Shown: positions 15,941 through 31,822 of the stretch, in pieces | Layout of the letters: every line of letters begins with the position of its first letter | Position numbering within the stretch: the first letter of the stretch is position 1 | NCBI GenBank assembly: GCA_964016885.1 | Contig: OZ024741.1 | Span: 338,706,001-338,770,000 of the forward strand | DNA: 64,000 nt | Direction of reading: 5' to 3' | From: Eledone cirrhosa | Taxonomy: Eukaryota | The notes under the pieces: generated by a model | Seen by the model: the letters and a program-made list of their open reading frames with translations, nothing else | What the model was told of the DNA's origin: nothing | The model's database searches: none | Translations under genes and position numbers: made by a program

Positions 15941-18390
15941 GATCATGACATGGTTCTCTGTGATCTGAGATTCCACCGTCCAATATACATATATATATAT
16001 ATATGTATATATATGTATGATCATGACATGGTTCTCTGTGATCTGAGATTCCACCGTCCAATATACAAACCCAATGTCATTTCTCCTGTCCATCCGTTTG
16101 ACGCTATGGATTTCCACAATGCAAACTGGGAAGCGATCAGTCATGATCTTGCACATGTCGACTGGTCCTTCACGCACACTCATACACCCACTAACATCAA
16201 AAAGTCCTGGCAGACATTTGTGGACACTGTTACAAACATATGTGCTAAACACACCCCATTAAGAATTATAAACAAATCTAAGAGCAGAATCCCTAGAAAT
16301 AGAAAAACGCTCATCAGAAAAATTAAGAGAACGAACAAAAAAATCAACAATCTGAAATACTGTCAGCAGCAACACATCAACTTGACTGCCATTTCATCAC
16401 TAGAGATTAAAAAACATAACCTCCAAAACAACATAATGTCCCTCATCAACAATCAGAGAAGAGCTGAAGAGGCCTGGGCCATTGAGAAGATCAAACTCAA
16501 TCCCAAAGTGTTCTTTTCATTTGCAAAAAAACACAAAATCACTGGCTCTACTGTTGGCCCTCTAATTGATGAAAATGGCACTCTTCAAGACAATGCTAAA
16601 ACCATGGGTGAGATACTGCAGAAACAATACTGCTCTGTTTTCAGCAATCCTGATATGGCCGATCTGGGCTGTATCGGCGATGTTACTCCCCATTACACCT
16701 TATCGGACATAACGTTTGGCGCCCCTGATGTCTTGGCGGCAATAAAGGAAATCAAGCATAATTCAGCAGTAGGTCCCGATAGGTTCCCTGCTTGTGTCTT
16801 GAAGGCGTGTCAACACCAACTTGCTTCTCCTCTTGCCAATCTGTGGCGGAACTCACTGGATGCTGGATATGTGCCAGAAAACCTTCTATCCCAGTCTGTT
16901 GTCCCAGTTTTCAAAAAGGGAAACAAATCCCTTGCCGTGAATTACCGTCCAATCTCACTCACCTCTCATATCATTAAGGTATTTGAGCGAGTGGTGAGAT
17001 CGCGAATGACCCACTTCCTTGAGAGTAACAATATGCTGAACTCCAACCAGCATGGATTCCGTAATGGAAGGGATTGCCTGACGCAACTACTGCATCACTT
17101 TGATGACATTTTGAGAGCCTTGGGAGAGGGTTCCAACACTGATGTTATCTACCTTGATTTCAGCAAGGCCTTTGACAGGGTTGATCATAACATTCTACTG
17201 AGAAAGCTGTCCAATATTGGTGTCACTGGAAAGCTGCTGCAGTGGATCAAGAGCTTCCTGTCAAACAGAACCCAACATGTTGTAGTTGAGGGAGTCAAAT
17301 CAAGCCCAGCCAAAGTCAGTAGTGGAGTCCCACAAGGCACTGTGTTGGGCCCACTTCTCTTCATCATCTATATTAATGACATCACTGACATCATCAAACA
17401 CAGCAACATTAAAATTTTCGCTGATGATTCCAAGCTCCAAAAGGTCATCAATGGCGTGGATGACCGGATAAGCCTTCAGTCAGACCTACTGGCTGTTACC
17501 CAATGGGCAGAAAAGAACAACATGTTACTGAACGAAGACAAATTCGAACTGATCCACTTTGGAAAAGAGGATGCTCTGAAACTCCCGTACTCCCTTCCCT
17601 CCGGGGAAACTCTCGTGGCATCTAACAACATCAGAGACTTGGGAGTAACCGTGGACAGCAACATAAGCTGGACCACGCATATAAGCAGCAAAGTTGACAT
17701 GGCCCGCAGAATGTGTTCCTGGATCCTCAGAACCTTCCAGTCGAGAGATTCCCGCACCATTATCCTTCTCTTCTCTACTTTCGCCCGACCACACCTTGAA
17801 TACTGTTGTCCACTGTGGTCTCCCCACACGAAACAAAGTATCATGAAACTTGAAGCTCCTCAAAGGGCAATCACGAAAAAGATAGATGGCATGTCAGACC
17901 TTGACTACTGGGGTCGATTGGAAAACCTGAAACTTTACTCACTCCAACGTCGCCGTGAGCGTTATATTATCTGCATGATGTGGAAAATGTTCCATCATCA
18001 CTGCCCAAATGATGTTGGCATCGCCTTCAAGATACACCCAAGGCTTGGGCCCCGTGCTATCCGTCCCATTCAAAAATCTAAATCGCAACTCATAACAACA
18101 ATACGGCACAATTATTTCACCTCAATCGGCCCTGCTCTCTTCAACATCACACCAGGACACGTCAAAACAGAAACTGACCACACAAAATTCAAGAAGTCTT
18201 TGGACAAATTCCTCCAAGTAATCCCGGACAAACCACCCACACCCGGATATGTCTCCGCAAACAGTAATTCTCTTCTCGAATGGGCCATGGTGCCCAAATC
18301 CTGAATTGAAAGACTTCGCCAGGTGGTGCTATTAAGTTAGACATGGCCTGGGCCAATACTGGCCAAAACATTTCAAAGTTATTCAAAGTT
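15941..18390 (+). mobile_element. CR1-group LINE, copy 2 (5'-truncated at end of APE domain; open frame ~16018 to stop ~18303)
   Basis: Begins at DHDMV (the SDH motif at the end of the APE domain). Uninterrupted RT ORF nearly identical to copy 1, with the same TTCAAAGTTA tail. The 5' junction is duplicated. Confidence 0.95.
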
Positions 18391-18523
18391 ATGTATATAT
18401 ATATATATATGTATATATATATTTATATATATATGTATATATATATGTATATATATGTATGTATATATATATATATATGTATGTATATATATATATGTAT
18501 GTATATATATATATATATGTATG

Positions 18524-18554
<31 letters not shown>

Positions 18555-18567
18555 GTATATATATATG

Positions 18568-18616
<49 letters not shown>

Positions 18617-18782
18617 GTATATATATATATATATGTATATATATGTATATATATATATATGTATATATATATATGTATATATATATATATGTATATATAT
18701 GTATATATATATGTATATATATATATATGTATATATATGTATTATATATATATGTATATATATATATATATATATGTATGTA

Positions 18783-18834
<52 letters not shown>

Positions 18835-18916
18835 TGTATGTATATATATATGTATATATATATATATATATGTATGTATATATATATGTATATATATATG
18901 TATGTATATATATATG

Positions 18917-18947
<31 letters not shown>

Positions 18948-19062
18948 GTATATATATATGTATATATATATATATGTATATATATATATGTATATATATA
19001 TGTATATATATATGTATATATATATATGTATATATGTATGTATATATATGTATATATATATG

Positions 19063-19115
<53 letters not shown>

Positions 19116-19327
19116 GTATATATATATATGTATATATATATGTATATATATATATGTATATATATATATATGTATATATATGTATATATATATATATGTA
19201 TATATATGTATATATATATATATATGTATATATATGTATATATATATATGTATATATATGTATATATATACATATATATATATATATACATATATATACA
19301 TATATATATATATATATACATATATAC

Positions 19328-19380
<53 letters not shown>

Positions 19381-19385
19381 TATAC

Positions 19386-19428
<43 letters not shown>

Positions 19429-19433
19429 TATAC

Positions 19434-19483
<50 letters not shown>

Positions 19484-19497
19484 GCATATATATATAC

Positions 19498-19551
<54 letters not shown>

Positions 19552-19682
19552 GTATATATATATATATGTATATATATGTATATATATATATATATGTATA
19601 TATATATTTATATATATATGTATATATATATATGTATATATATGTATGTATATATATATATATATATGTATGTATATATATG

Positions 19683-19713
<31 letters not shown>

Positions 19714-19719
19714 GTATAT
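18391..19719. repeat. Degenerate (TA)n array between converging LINE copies
   Basis: 1.33 kb; 18391-18500 recurs at ~19575-19690. Confidence 0.97.
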
Positions 19720-22700
19720 AACTTTGAATAACTTTGAAATGTTTTGGCCAGTGTTGGCCCAGGCCATGTCTAACTTAATAGCACCACCTGGCGAAGTCTT
19801 TCAATTCAGGATTTGGGCACCATGGCCCATTCGAGAAGAGAATTACTGTTTGCGGAGACATATCCGGGTGTGGGTGGTTTGTCCGGGATTACTTGGAGGA
19901 ATTTGTCCAAAGACTTCTTGAATTTTGTGTGGTCAGTTTCTGTTTTGACGTGTCCTGGTGTGATGTTGAAGAGAGCAGGGCCGATTGAGGTGAAATAATT
20001 GTGCCGTATTGTTGTTATGAGTTGCGATTTAGATTTTTGTATGGGACGGATAGCACGGGGCCCAAGCCTTGGGTGTATCTTGAAGGCGATGCCAACATCA
20101 TTTGAGCAGTGATGATGGAACATTTTCCACATCATGCAGATAATATAACGCTCACGGCGACGTTGGAGTGAGTAAAGTTTCAGGTTTTCTAGTCGACCCC
20201 AGTAGTCAAGGTCTGACATGCCATCTATCTTTTTCGTGATTGCCCTTTGAGGAGCTTCAAGTTTCATGATACTTTGTTTCGTGTGGGGAGACCACAGTGG
20301 ACAACAGTATTCAAGGTGTGGTCAGGCAAAAGTAGAGAAGAGAAGGATAATGGTGTGGGAATCTCTCGACTGGAAGGTTCTGAGGATCCAGGAACACATT
20401 CTGCGGGCCATGTCAACTTTGCTGCTTATATGCGTGGCCCAGCTTATGTTGCTGTCCACGGTTACTCCCAAGTCTCTGATGTTGTTAGATGCCACGAGAG
20501 TTTTTGACTCCTTCAACTACAACATGTTGGGTTCTGTTTGACAGGAAGCTCTTGATCCACTGCAGCAGCTTTCCAGTGACACCAATATTGGACAGCTTTC
20601 TCAGTAGAATGTTATGATCAACCCTGTCAAAGGCCTTGCTGAAATCAAGGTAGATAACATCAGTGTTGGAACCCTCTCCCAAGGCTCTCAAAATGTCATT
20701 AAAGTGATGCAGTAGCTGCGTCAGGCAATCCCTTCCATTACGGAATCCATGCTGGTTGGAGTTCAGCATATTGTTACTCTCAAGGAAGTGGGTCATTCGC
20801 GATCTCACCACTCTCTCAAATACCTTAATGATATGAGAGGTGAGTGAGATTGGACGGTAATTCACGGCAAGGGATTTGTTTCCCTTTTTGAAAACTGGGA
20901 CAACAGACTTTGATAGAAGGTTTTCTGGCACATATCCAGCATCCAGTGAGTTCCGCCACAGATTGGCAAGAGGAGATGCAAGTTGGTGTTGACACGCCTT
21001 CAAGACACAAGCAGGGAACCTATCGGGACCTACTGCTGAATTATGCTTGATTTCCTTTATTGCCGCTAAGACATCAGGGGCGCCAAACGTTATGTCCGAT
21101 AAGGTGTAATGGGGAGTAACAACGCCGATACAGCCCAGATCGGCCATATCAGGATTGCTGAAAACAGAGCAGTATTGTTTCTGCAGTATCTCACTCATGG
21201 TTTTAGCATTGTCTTGAAGAGTGCCATTTCATCAATTAGAGGGCCAACAGTAGAGCCAGTGATTTTGTGTTTTTTTGCAAATGAAAAGAACACTTTGGGA
21301 TTGAGTTTGATGTTCTCAATGGCCCAGGCCTCTTCAGCTCTTCTCTGATTGTTGATGAGGGACATTATGTTGTTTTGGAGGTTATGTTTTTTAATCTCTA
21401 GTGATGAAATGGCAGTCAAGTTGATGTGTTGCTGCTGACAGTATTTCAGCTTGTTGATTTTTTTGTTCGCTCTCTTAATTTTTCTGATGAGCGTTTTTCT
21501 ATTTCTAGGGATTCTGCTCTTAGATTTGTTTATAGTTCTTAATGGGGTGTGTTTAGCACATATGTTTGTAACAGTGTCCACAAATGTCTGCCAGGACTTT
21601 TTGATGTTAGTGGGTGTATGAGTGTGCATGAAGGATCAGTCGACATGTGCAAGATCATGACTGATCGCTTCCCAGTTTGCATTGTGGAAATCCATAGCGT
21701 CAAACGGATGGACAGGAGAGATGACATTGGGTTTGTATATTGGACGGTGGAATCTCAGATCACAGAGAACCATGTCATGATCAGAGAGTAGAGTTTTCTC
21801 CACTGCAATATTGTGGATATTGTCAGTGTGATTGCTGAAAATTAAGTCTAGGACGTTTTTGTGGCACCTCGTTGGTTCGAGCACCAGTTGGGATAGGAAG
21901 AAATCATCCATGAAGTCAAGAAGCGATTCCACTGCTTCCCTGTCAGAGGTTGAGGCAGAAGAACCTGGTGGCAGGCTGTTTGTGGACCAGTCAACTCCGG
22001 GGAGGTTGAAGTCCCCCACCATTAAGATGTTGTCAGGGTGACACTCTTGGATGAAACACTTTATGCTGTTGAGGCATTCCTTGAAGCATGGTACAGGCGT
22101 TTGGGGTGGCCTATAGAGCCCAACTACTATTAGGTTGTTGGTTTGACTGAATACAGTGACTGCTTCACAGTATCCATTAGTGAATATGTTCATAGCCTCT
22201 GTTGAGAAAGAATTATGGACATAAATGGCAGTCCCGCCCTTTCTTCTGCCAGCGCGATCAGCACGGATGGCTTTGAAATTTTTCACTTTCACCTCGGCTT
22301 CCAAGTGGAGGTTACTGAGATGGGTTTCAGTGAGGACGAAGAAAGGGATGTGGTTTGGATGGACATCAATCCAGTCCTCCAGGAATTTGATCTTCCATTT
22401 TTGAGTATTGGTGGAAGGGCGCCTTGGGCGTTAAGCAAAAATGTAGAGGCGAGAGTGGATGGTTTTAATTGTTTTGGTGTGTTGTTAATTTGTTTGTTTG
22501 TTAATGGCAGCAATGGGAGTTTGTGCAGTGGGGTGATAGTGGAGGGTGGTGCTGGGTGATAGCTCGAATGTTTTTTTCCAGTTCTTTTGCCAGATTCATT
22601 ATGGCTAAAAAAGAGGAAGAAGTTTCCTGTTTAGAATACTGTTGGTGACTGTGGTAGTGGTTATTTTTATGTAGGTTAAGGTTTTTGTTTTTGCTTTTAT

Positions 22701-22926
22701 TTTTAATTTTATTTTCATTTGTCCGACGGGCCCCCGGGAGATGGGTAAAGGGACAATCCCGGTCTAAACACAATCTGTCTCGCAGGGAAAAGCGGCAGAT
22801 TTGTGGATTCCTTGTTTGAGTTATTGGTGGTTGTGTTGGTGTTAAATTAGAGTATGTATTATGTTGGTGGCTGTTTGTGGGGATAGATCGTTTTGTCCTA
22901 GGTAAATGGGTGAATTTGCAGCCACT
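19720..22926 (-). mobile_element. CR1-group LINE, copy 3 (ORF1 3' part + APE + RT; frameshifts and ~0.3 kb internal deletion)
   Basis: APE motifs LTETHL, RADR...GGTAIYV, GLYRPP, VGDFNLP, LDLIFSN, SDHDMV. RT matches copies 1 and 2 but lacks the VPQG-FADD segment (junction ~20505). Tail aactttgaataactttgaa at 19720. Confidence 0.95.
22501..22926 (-). CDS. LINE ORF1 C-terminal fragment with CCCH-type zinc fingers
   Basis: ..GCKFTH.. (truncated finger) and [19 protein letters not shown] (C-x8-C-x4-C-x3-H), immediately upstream of the APE region. Confidence 0.7.
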   Translation of the reverse strand, partial: SGCKFTHLPRTKRSIPTNSHQHNTYSNLTPTQPPITQTRNPQICRFSLRDRLCLDRDCPFTHLPGARRTNENKIKNKSKNKNLNLHKNNHYHSHQQYSKQETSSSFLAIMNLAKELEKNIRAITQHHPPLSPHCTNSHCCH

Positions 22927-25230
<2,304 letters not shown>

Positions 25231-25430
25231 CATCATCATCATCATCATCAACGTTTAACGTCCGTGTTCCACGCTTGCATGGGTTTGGACAGGGGTAGTC
25301 CCACTTGAGGCAAGAGTGATTGTCTTGCTCGCATAGGACTGTCTGGCAGGTTTTCTACAGTTGGATGCCCTTCCTAACACCAACCACATTTACAGTGTGG
25401 GTCTGGGAGGTTTTTACCGTGTTGCCTACA
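25231..25430 (-). mobile_element. RTE-tail-type short retroposon with (ATG)n tail
   Basis: (cat)n-cgtttaacgtccgtgttccacgcttgcatggg...ggatgcccttcctaac; nearly identical to 37507-37712. Confidence 0.75.
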
Positions 25431-25956
25431 TGTATGTATATATATATATATGTGTGTGTTTGTGAACATGTGGTTGTCTATTTCCATTTTTCCTTCCTAA
25501 AATGTGTATGCATTGTGTATATGTTTATGCAGGTGTAGTGCAAATGACATTTAAGTTGTGTGTGTATACACATATATATATGCCTACATCACTCAAAGAA
25601 AGAGGGGGAGGGACATGGACCGGAAACGCGCTTTAATAATTATTAAAATAATCTAAAATTTTTAATTATATTTTAATTATATATTTTATTCAGCTCTTGT
25701 ACATTTTTATTTTATCTTATTTTGTAAATAAATTGTACTGTCTTGATTATTTAAATAATTAAAAATACATGAATTTTAAAATTCCATTATAATTTATACC
25801 ATTACAGTCATTGATTCCAGCCCCTTCTTGTTACACACACACACATACAAGCTGACTTATACTCACACACAAGTACGCATACACATATACTTACACCCAC
25901 ACATAAGAAGCACAGTTACACACACAATATATATATTAAATATATACGATAATAGC

Positions 25957-26015
<59 letters not shown>

Positions 26016-26862
26016 CACACACACACGTGGTGTATAACTTCTGGTCAATCCTGCTAAACGATGTATGACTAGGACTACACTATCTAATGTGGTGTACTAT
26101 CTGTAGGACTGTAATATCTAATGTGTACTGTCTGTATATAAGATGTGATATGAGAGAGATTTCACTGATGTTTCTAACAGGTTTAATGTCCACATAGGAG
26201 CTCCTCACACGTGTTATATATATATTGGCTGGTACATTGTTGTTTAGCCCCGGGTCAGCCTTAGTCAAACAGACATATCAGTAATACGTTATCTATCACC
26301 AAAGAAGGTGTTCTAGCCGTGACCCTCTCATCTACTATTCAGACAACATGTATCATCTATCTTGCACCACATAATGTAATGTGTCTGTTTTTTCTTTTTT
26401 TTTCTTTTTATGGTAGTTGGTTGTAATTTAAAGATTTAGTTTTTGTTTCTAGCATGTCAAGTGACCATGAAGTGCCTCATCTTCGGTTGTTACTGTTTAA
26501 ACTCACATTAGCTCTGATTAATCTGACATGATTAAAGACGTTCAAGCCATACCCATCCAATCTTTTCTTTAAATATAGTGTATATTTATGACAATAGAAT
26601 GTGATTTTAGGAATGTTTGGCTGCTATTTCTAGCGGGTCTAACGACCGCATAGAGGCTCCTATGTGGTGGTGGGTTTGGTGAATGAGTAGATCTATGATG
26701 AAAGGAATTCCAGCAGGCAGTCTATCTAGGACTATGTGTCCCTTCCTTTTATTAGATGGAGTGTAGTAGCAAGAACAAAAAAATATAATGGGTGGGGGAG
26801 ACAGCAGATGCTTCTTATGTACTTCCAAGAAACTGCAGATACTAACTCTACCCTAGATCTGT

Positions 26863-27215
26863 TATTGGCAGAATCGGTAGAGCGTCAGAAACAAGATTTG
26901 TGAAATAAAGTTACGTCCCTTTACGTTCTGAGTTCAAATCCTGCCAAAGTTAGCTTTGCCTTTCATCCGTACGGGTTCGATAAAATGAAGTACCAGTCAC
27001 GCACTGGGATCAATTTAATCACCCCCCCCCCCAAAAAAAAAATTGCTGGCCTTGTGCCTAAATCAGAATTGGCAGTATCGGTAGAGGGTCGGACGCCATG
27101 CTTTGCAGCACAGTTACGTCCCTTTATGATCTGAGTTCAAATCCCGCAGAGGTTAACTTTGCTTTCATCCTTACGGGGTCGATAAAATAAAGTACCAGTC
27201 ATGTACTGGGATCAA
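26863..27215 (+). mobile_element. Two tandem tRNA-derived SINE copies
   Basis: A-box ttggcagaatcggtagagcg, B-box gagttcaaatcc and core gtcgataaaataaagtaccagt, repeated from ~27068. Confidence 0.85.
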
Positions 27216-27459
27216 TAACATTCACTTTAGCTCGTTGTTTCTGGTGTTTTAATATTTGTTCTGTTGTGTAGAGTATGTGTAATGTGATTTGTGTTATTTT
27301 GTTAGGTGGTCAATATATTCTCTGTGTTGTTTAACCAGTGTTATCTATCTCTGTGTCAAGGTGTGTCAGGTGTGACTTGTGTATATAATATTAATGTGTT
27401 ACACCTGTCTAGAATGTTGCTTATATAAGTTATTACTGTTGAACTGTCAGCTATCAATA

Positions 27460-27750
27460 GTGTTAGAGTTTATGCTGTTATTTTATTGGGTATTAAACCT
27501 GTAGAGTTTATGTTGTTATTTTATGGGGTACTAAACCTTTAGAGTTTATTTTGTGTTATTTTAATAGGTATTAAACCTGTAGAGTTTATGCTGTTATTTT
27601 AATGGGTATTAAACCTCTAGTATATGGTGGGTTATTTTAATTAGTATTAAACCTGTAGAGTTTATGTTGCGTTATATTAATGGATATTAAACCTGTAGAG
27701 TTTATGCTTTTATTTTATGAGGTTTTAAACATATAGAGTTTATGTTGTGT
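27460..27750. repeat. ~40 bp minisatellite
   Basis: attaaacctgtagagtttatgctgttattttaatgggt, about 7 copies. Confidence 0.85.
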
Positions 27751-28255
27751 AAGTTGTGATCTTTTATAAGGGGAGATATGGGGTTCCACGTAGCAGCCAA
27801 TAGCAACTTCTTTTTGTGTCTTTAAAGAACTTCCCCCTATTTTATAGCATCTCTGTGCATGCGCACACCATTATGTATATATATGTATGTATACTATGAT
27901 TAATGAAACAATTGCTAATACTGTAAATAAACCCTTTTGTACAGCTGACCATGTTATTCTTCATTCCTTTACTATATATATATATATATATATATACTCA
28001 AAGAGGAGGGGGAGCCACATGTGTCACAGATAATATTGCAATATTAGCAACAGGTACAAAACTCCATGATCATCAGAGTATTAAGATGAAAACAAAACTT
28101 AGGTGTATAGAATTAAATGTATGACATTTAAGTTGTGACAAAGATGGCCTGTTAGATGTGGAGATGAAATAAAAACATAGGAAGTGATGTGCAGAAAGGA
28201 ATATATTGGTTGACTAATCACTAAAGGTTTTTTTAGATAAAAAGAAACACTTTAA

Positions 28256-28480
28256 CCCTTTAGCATTTACAATACCCTATATATATATACTATTGTATTT
28301 TTGTGGTAAAGGCTTTATCTTACATAATTATCTCACATAGTATCGAATCTATGAGATTTTGATGTTATTTATTTTGAGAACAATACTATAACATCATTAT
28401 GAGGGGCTGGTTACAGCTGGTTTGGATAGAAAGAGGGGAAAGAATTCTGGCCGGATACAGCTGGTTTAAATACTAAAGGG
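28256..28480. mobile_element. TTAA-flanked MITE (piggyBac-like)
   Basis: ttaa|ccctttagcattta ... taaatactaaaggg|ttaa. Confidence 0.6.
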
Positions 28481-28599
28481 TTAAAATAAACAGTTTTGTT
28501 ATATAGAACCAAGGGTAGTTTTGTATCAAAAGAGTTTATATTCAATTTTTTACTTGTTTTTAAATATTTGTTTGTATAAGTTGTGCATATATCCAGTGA

Positions 28600-28870
28600 T
28601 GGCATTAGTTGGAATGAATTCCATACACGGTAGACCACGTGAAAGTTTTTATCTCTCATTCCATCATCTCCATCGATGGAAAATGAAAGACATCCTAGTA
28701 TGTGATTATGGGGACCCTGACCAGACAGGTACTGCATGTTGTTCAGGATTACCCCTTCAGATATTTTCCTGGCAGCCTGGAGGCAATCCATAATACTACA
28801 CATGATTCCTTAGTCAGACTCACCAATCTCGATCTGTCTCTCATTGTGCAAATGTCATACAAGAAGAAGA
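28600..28870 (-). mobile_element. Possible decayed CRE-like fragment (pre-RT region)
   Basis: RKISEGVILNNMQYLS resembles the K..EGD...A.R.LS motif that precedes CRE RTs; weak match. Confidence 0.3.
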
Positions 28871-30169
28871 TTTTTTTTGTCAGCACAGCTGAAAAGAAAC
28901 TGTCCAACCAAATTAAAAACAAGCATGGTAAACGAAATAGTGTAGCATTTTAATAAAATTCTATTAACATTAATTTATTTATGAAATAGCTTTATAGAAA
29001 AGAAAACTAATATTGATCAATATCATCATCATCATCATTTAATGTCTATTTTTCATGCATGTTGACGTCAGACTAGTCAGTTGACTGGGTTTTGCTCATG
29101 CACTTTGATTTGGCTTAGTTTCTATGGCTGGATGCTCTTCCTATCACCAACTACTTTACAACATCTATTGAGAGCATGGGTTTTATGGTTGGATGTCTTT
29201 CCTAACTCCAATCACATTTATAGCATATACTGGTAGCATGGTTTCTATGGCTGGATGTTGTTCCTAACACCAACCACTTTACAGTGTGTACTGGGAGCTT
29301 TTTATTGTGACTCCGGCACTACCACCTTACAGGGTGAACTGGGTATTTTTCATCGTGGCACCAGCACTAAGGTGCTCAGCATACATGGTTGTGGGGTGAG
29401 GTGGGACTGCAGTACAGACATTGCATTGTTGGAGGAGTGGGTGGGTTCATGGTGTTGGGCTTGAAGGAAGTGGATACTGTCTGACATATTGTGGGGTGTA
29501 CCCGACTTCGCTTGGTGGCTTCAAAGGGGGTGTTTATGTACTGCTTGGAGCAAGTGGTTGGCTAAATCTGGTAAATTATCCTTAGAGCCAGAAGCATTTT
29601 GATACAAATGCCTTTGGAAATCAATCCATTCATTTTGCACCACCAAGTTTAATTTGACTGACTTATTCAACTATTATATTGTTAATATGAATTGTGGCAG
29701 CTTTTCACAACCAAAGCTAAACAAATTTCACATTTTCAAATTTGTTCAATTTTTTCGTAAACTTGCCTGTAACGTATTTTATTTGCCTTTCAAAATCGAT
29801 AAAAAATATACCAGTTCAATACTTCATCTATATCTTTTTCTCATTTCCTCTCTCTCTTTATGTCTCTGTCTCTCTCATTGTGTCTCTGTCTCTCTCTTTG
29901 TTTCTCTCTCTCATTCTCTGGAAGAAATCTGCTGTGTTCAGACTTAGAGTGGAGATGGGCTCTGCTAGGTTCCTAAAAAATGATCAATACACACTTTTTG
30001 TCACTAAAGTGCTCCTACGACTCCAGTAGTTACAAGTCATACACATAGAAAGGTTTTTATAATATGATTGCTGAATATACAATGTCTCTCCTGTTGAATA
30101 CATTTGCTAAGTTCAGTTTTGGCCTCATAAAAAAATGCATGACACCACCATTCAGAATGGTGGTATTGG

Positions 30170-30520
30170 CTAACAGACTACTGACTATTGAGGGCCAGAA
30201 GTATCTTTTTACAGCTCAGCTAAAGTGACACTGACTAACAGACTGCTGAGGACCAGAGGTGTGTTTTTACCTTTCAGCTAAGGTGACTTGACTAACAGAC
30301 TGTTGAAGGCCTGAAGTGTGTTTTTACTGCTCAGCTAAGATAACACTGACTAACTGGCTGCATACTGCCAGATGTGTGTTTTCACTGCTCAACTAAAGTG
30401 ACACTGACTCACAGACTGTCGACTTCTGACTGCCTGAGGAGTTTTCACTGTTCAACTAAAGTGACACTGACTCACAGACTGCTGAGTGTCAGAGGTGTGT
30501 TTTCACTGATCAGTTAAGGT
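30170..30520. repeat. ~55-60 bp degenerate tandem repeat
   Basis: gctaaagtgacactgactaacagactgctgag...gtgtgtttt, about 6 copies. Confidence 0.8.
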
Positions 30521-30792
30521 GTGTTCCATTTTCATTTCAATCTTTGTGCAACAGACATATGGAGATGGACTTCAGTTTTTTTTTCACCCAACCTAGTGGC
30601 CTAATGGTCCACTGGTCATTGCCAAAATAGCCAGTGGCCTAGCAGTACAGTGGCCTTATAGCTCACTGGTCATTGTCCAAATGACCAGTATACCTACACT
30701 GACCAATTTACATTTCATTAAGAAGGTATGGTGTGATTTTGGTTGAGTGATTATGTAGATCCCACTTTAGCTCCTAGTGAAGTTTGGTATCC

Positions 30793-30846
30793 AAGCTGGA
30801 TATCAAACTAAGTACCGAATTCGGTACTTAGTTTGATATCCAGCTT
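30793..30846. repeat. Perfect 54-bp palindrome
   Basis: aagctggatatcaaactaagtaccgaa|ttcggtacttagtttgatatccagctt. Confidence 0.95.
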
Positions 30847-31705
30847 CTCAGCTTACTCTAGGGCCTATAATGCTGTTGTTATTTTTGTTGTGTAATCCTA
30901 GATCATGCCTGATTGAACAGACTGACCTCCAATCAAAGGCTTTCTAACCATGAGCATCCTGTCTTTTTAGGACTATGTGTTCGTGCCCTATTTAAGATAG
31001 TATGGGAGATTTGGCATTTAGTTTTAGCAGATCAAGTATAGTGAGTGAGCCAACAAAGCTGCCTCAGAGTGACCAAATGACCTGCTACCAATATCAAGTA
31101 AATTGCCTTCATCACCTTAAAAAGGAGAGGGATAGTGTAGTCCTAGATAGTCTTAGACATATTGTCTTGATATAAGGCAAGATTATCATAACTGGAACGT
31201 CTTTGACCACAGGTCTTCATGACCAGGACTAACCTTAAGCTAAACAGCAAGTGTAGTGTTTCACACTAAGTTTTCTTATACTGACCACCATACACACAAT
31301 TTCATATATCAGCCTTTCTTTCTATCTTTATCTTTTTCTCACTTTTTCTCTATGTATTTCTTCCCCCCCCCCCACTCTTCTCTCTCTATTTCCCTATTCT
31401 CTTTTTACTTCACCACACCTCTCTTTTAATCTTTATATCCCTATTCTCTCTCTCTCATTATCCCCCACCCCAGTTTTTAAGTATCATTTTTAACATTGAA
31501 CCATCCTATTAATGCTTGTGTTTCTAATGCCCCAATCTACCTACCTACCTATTTATCTATCTATCTATCTACTTACCTTTGTATTTGTCCCCTTCTTTTG
31601 TGCCCCTGTGGCTAATAAAGAAACATATCTATCTACTTACCTACTTACCTATCTATCTATTCATCTATCTATCTATCTATCTATCTATCTATATCTATCT
31701 ATTTA

Positions 31706-31822
<117 letters not shown>

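Noticed and set aside
27755-28019. Possible solo LTR (TG...CA, AATAAA)
   Set aside because: No target-site duplication, PBS/PPT or second copy seen
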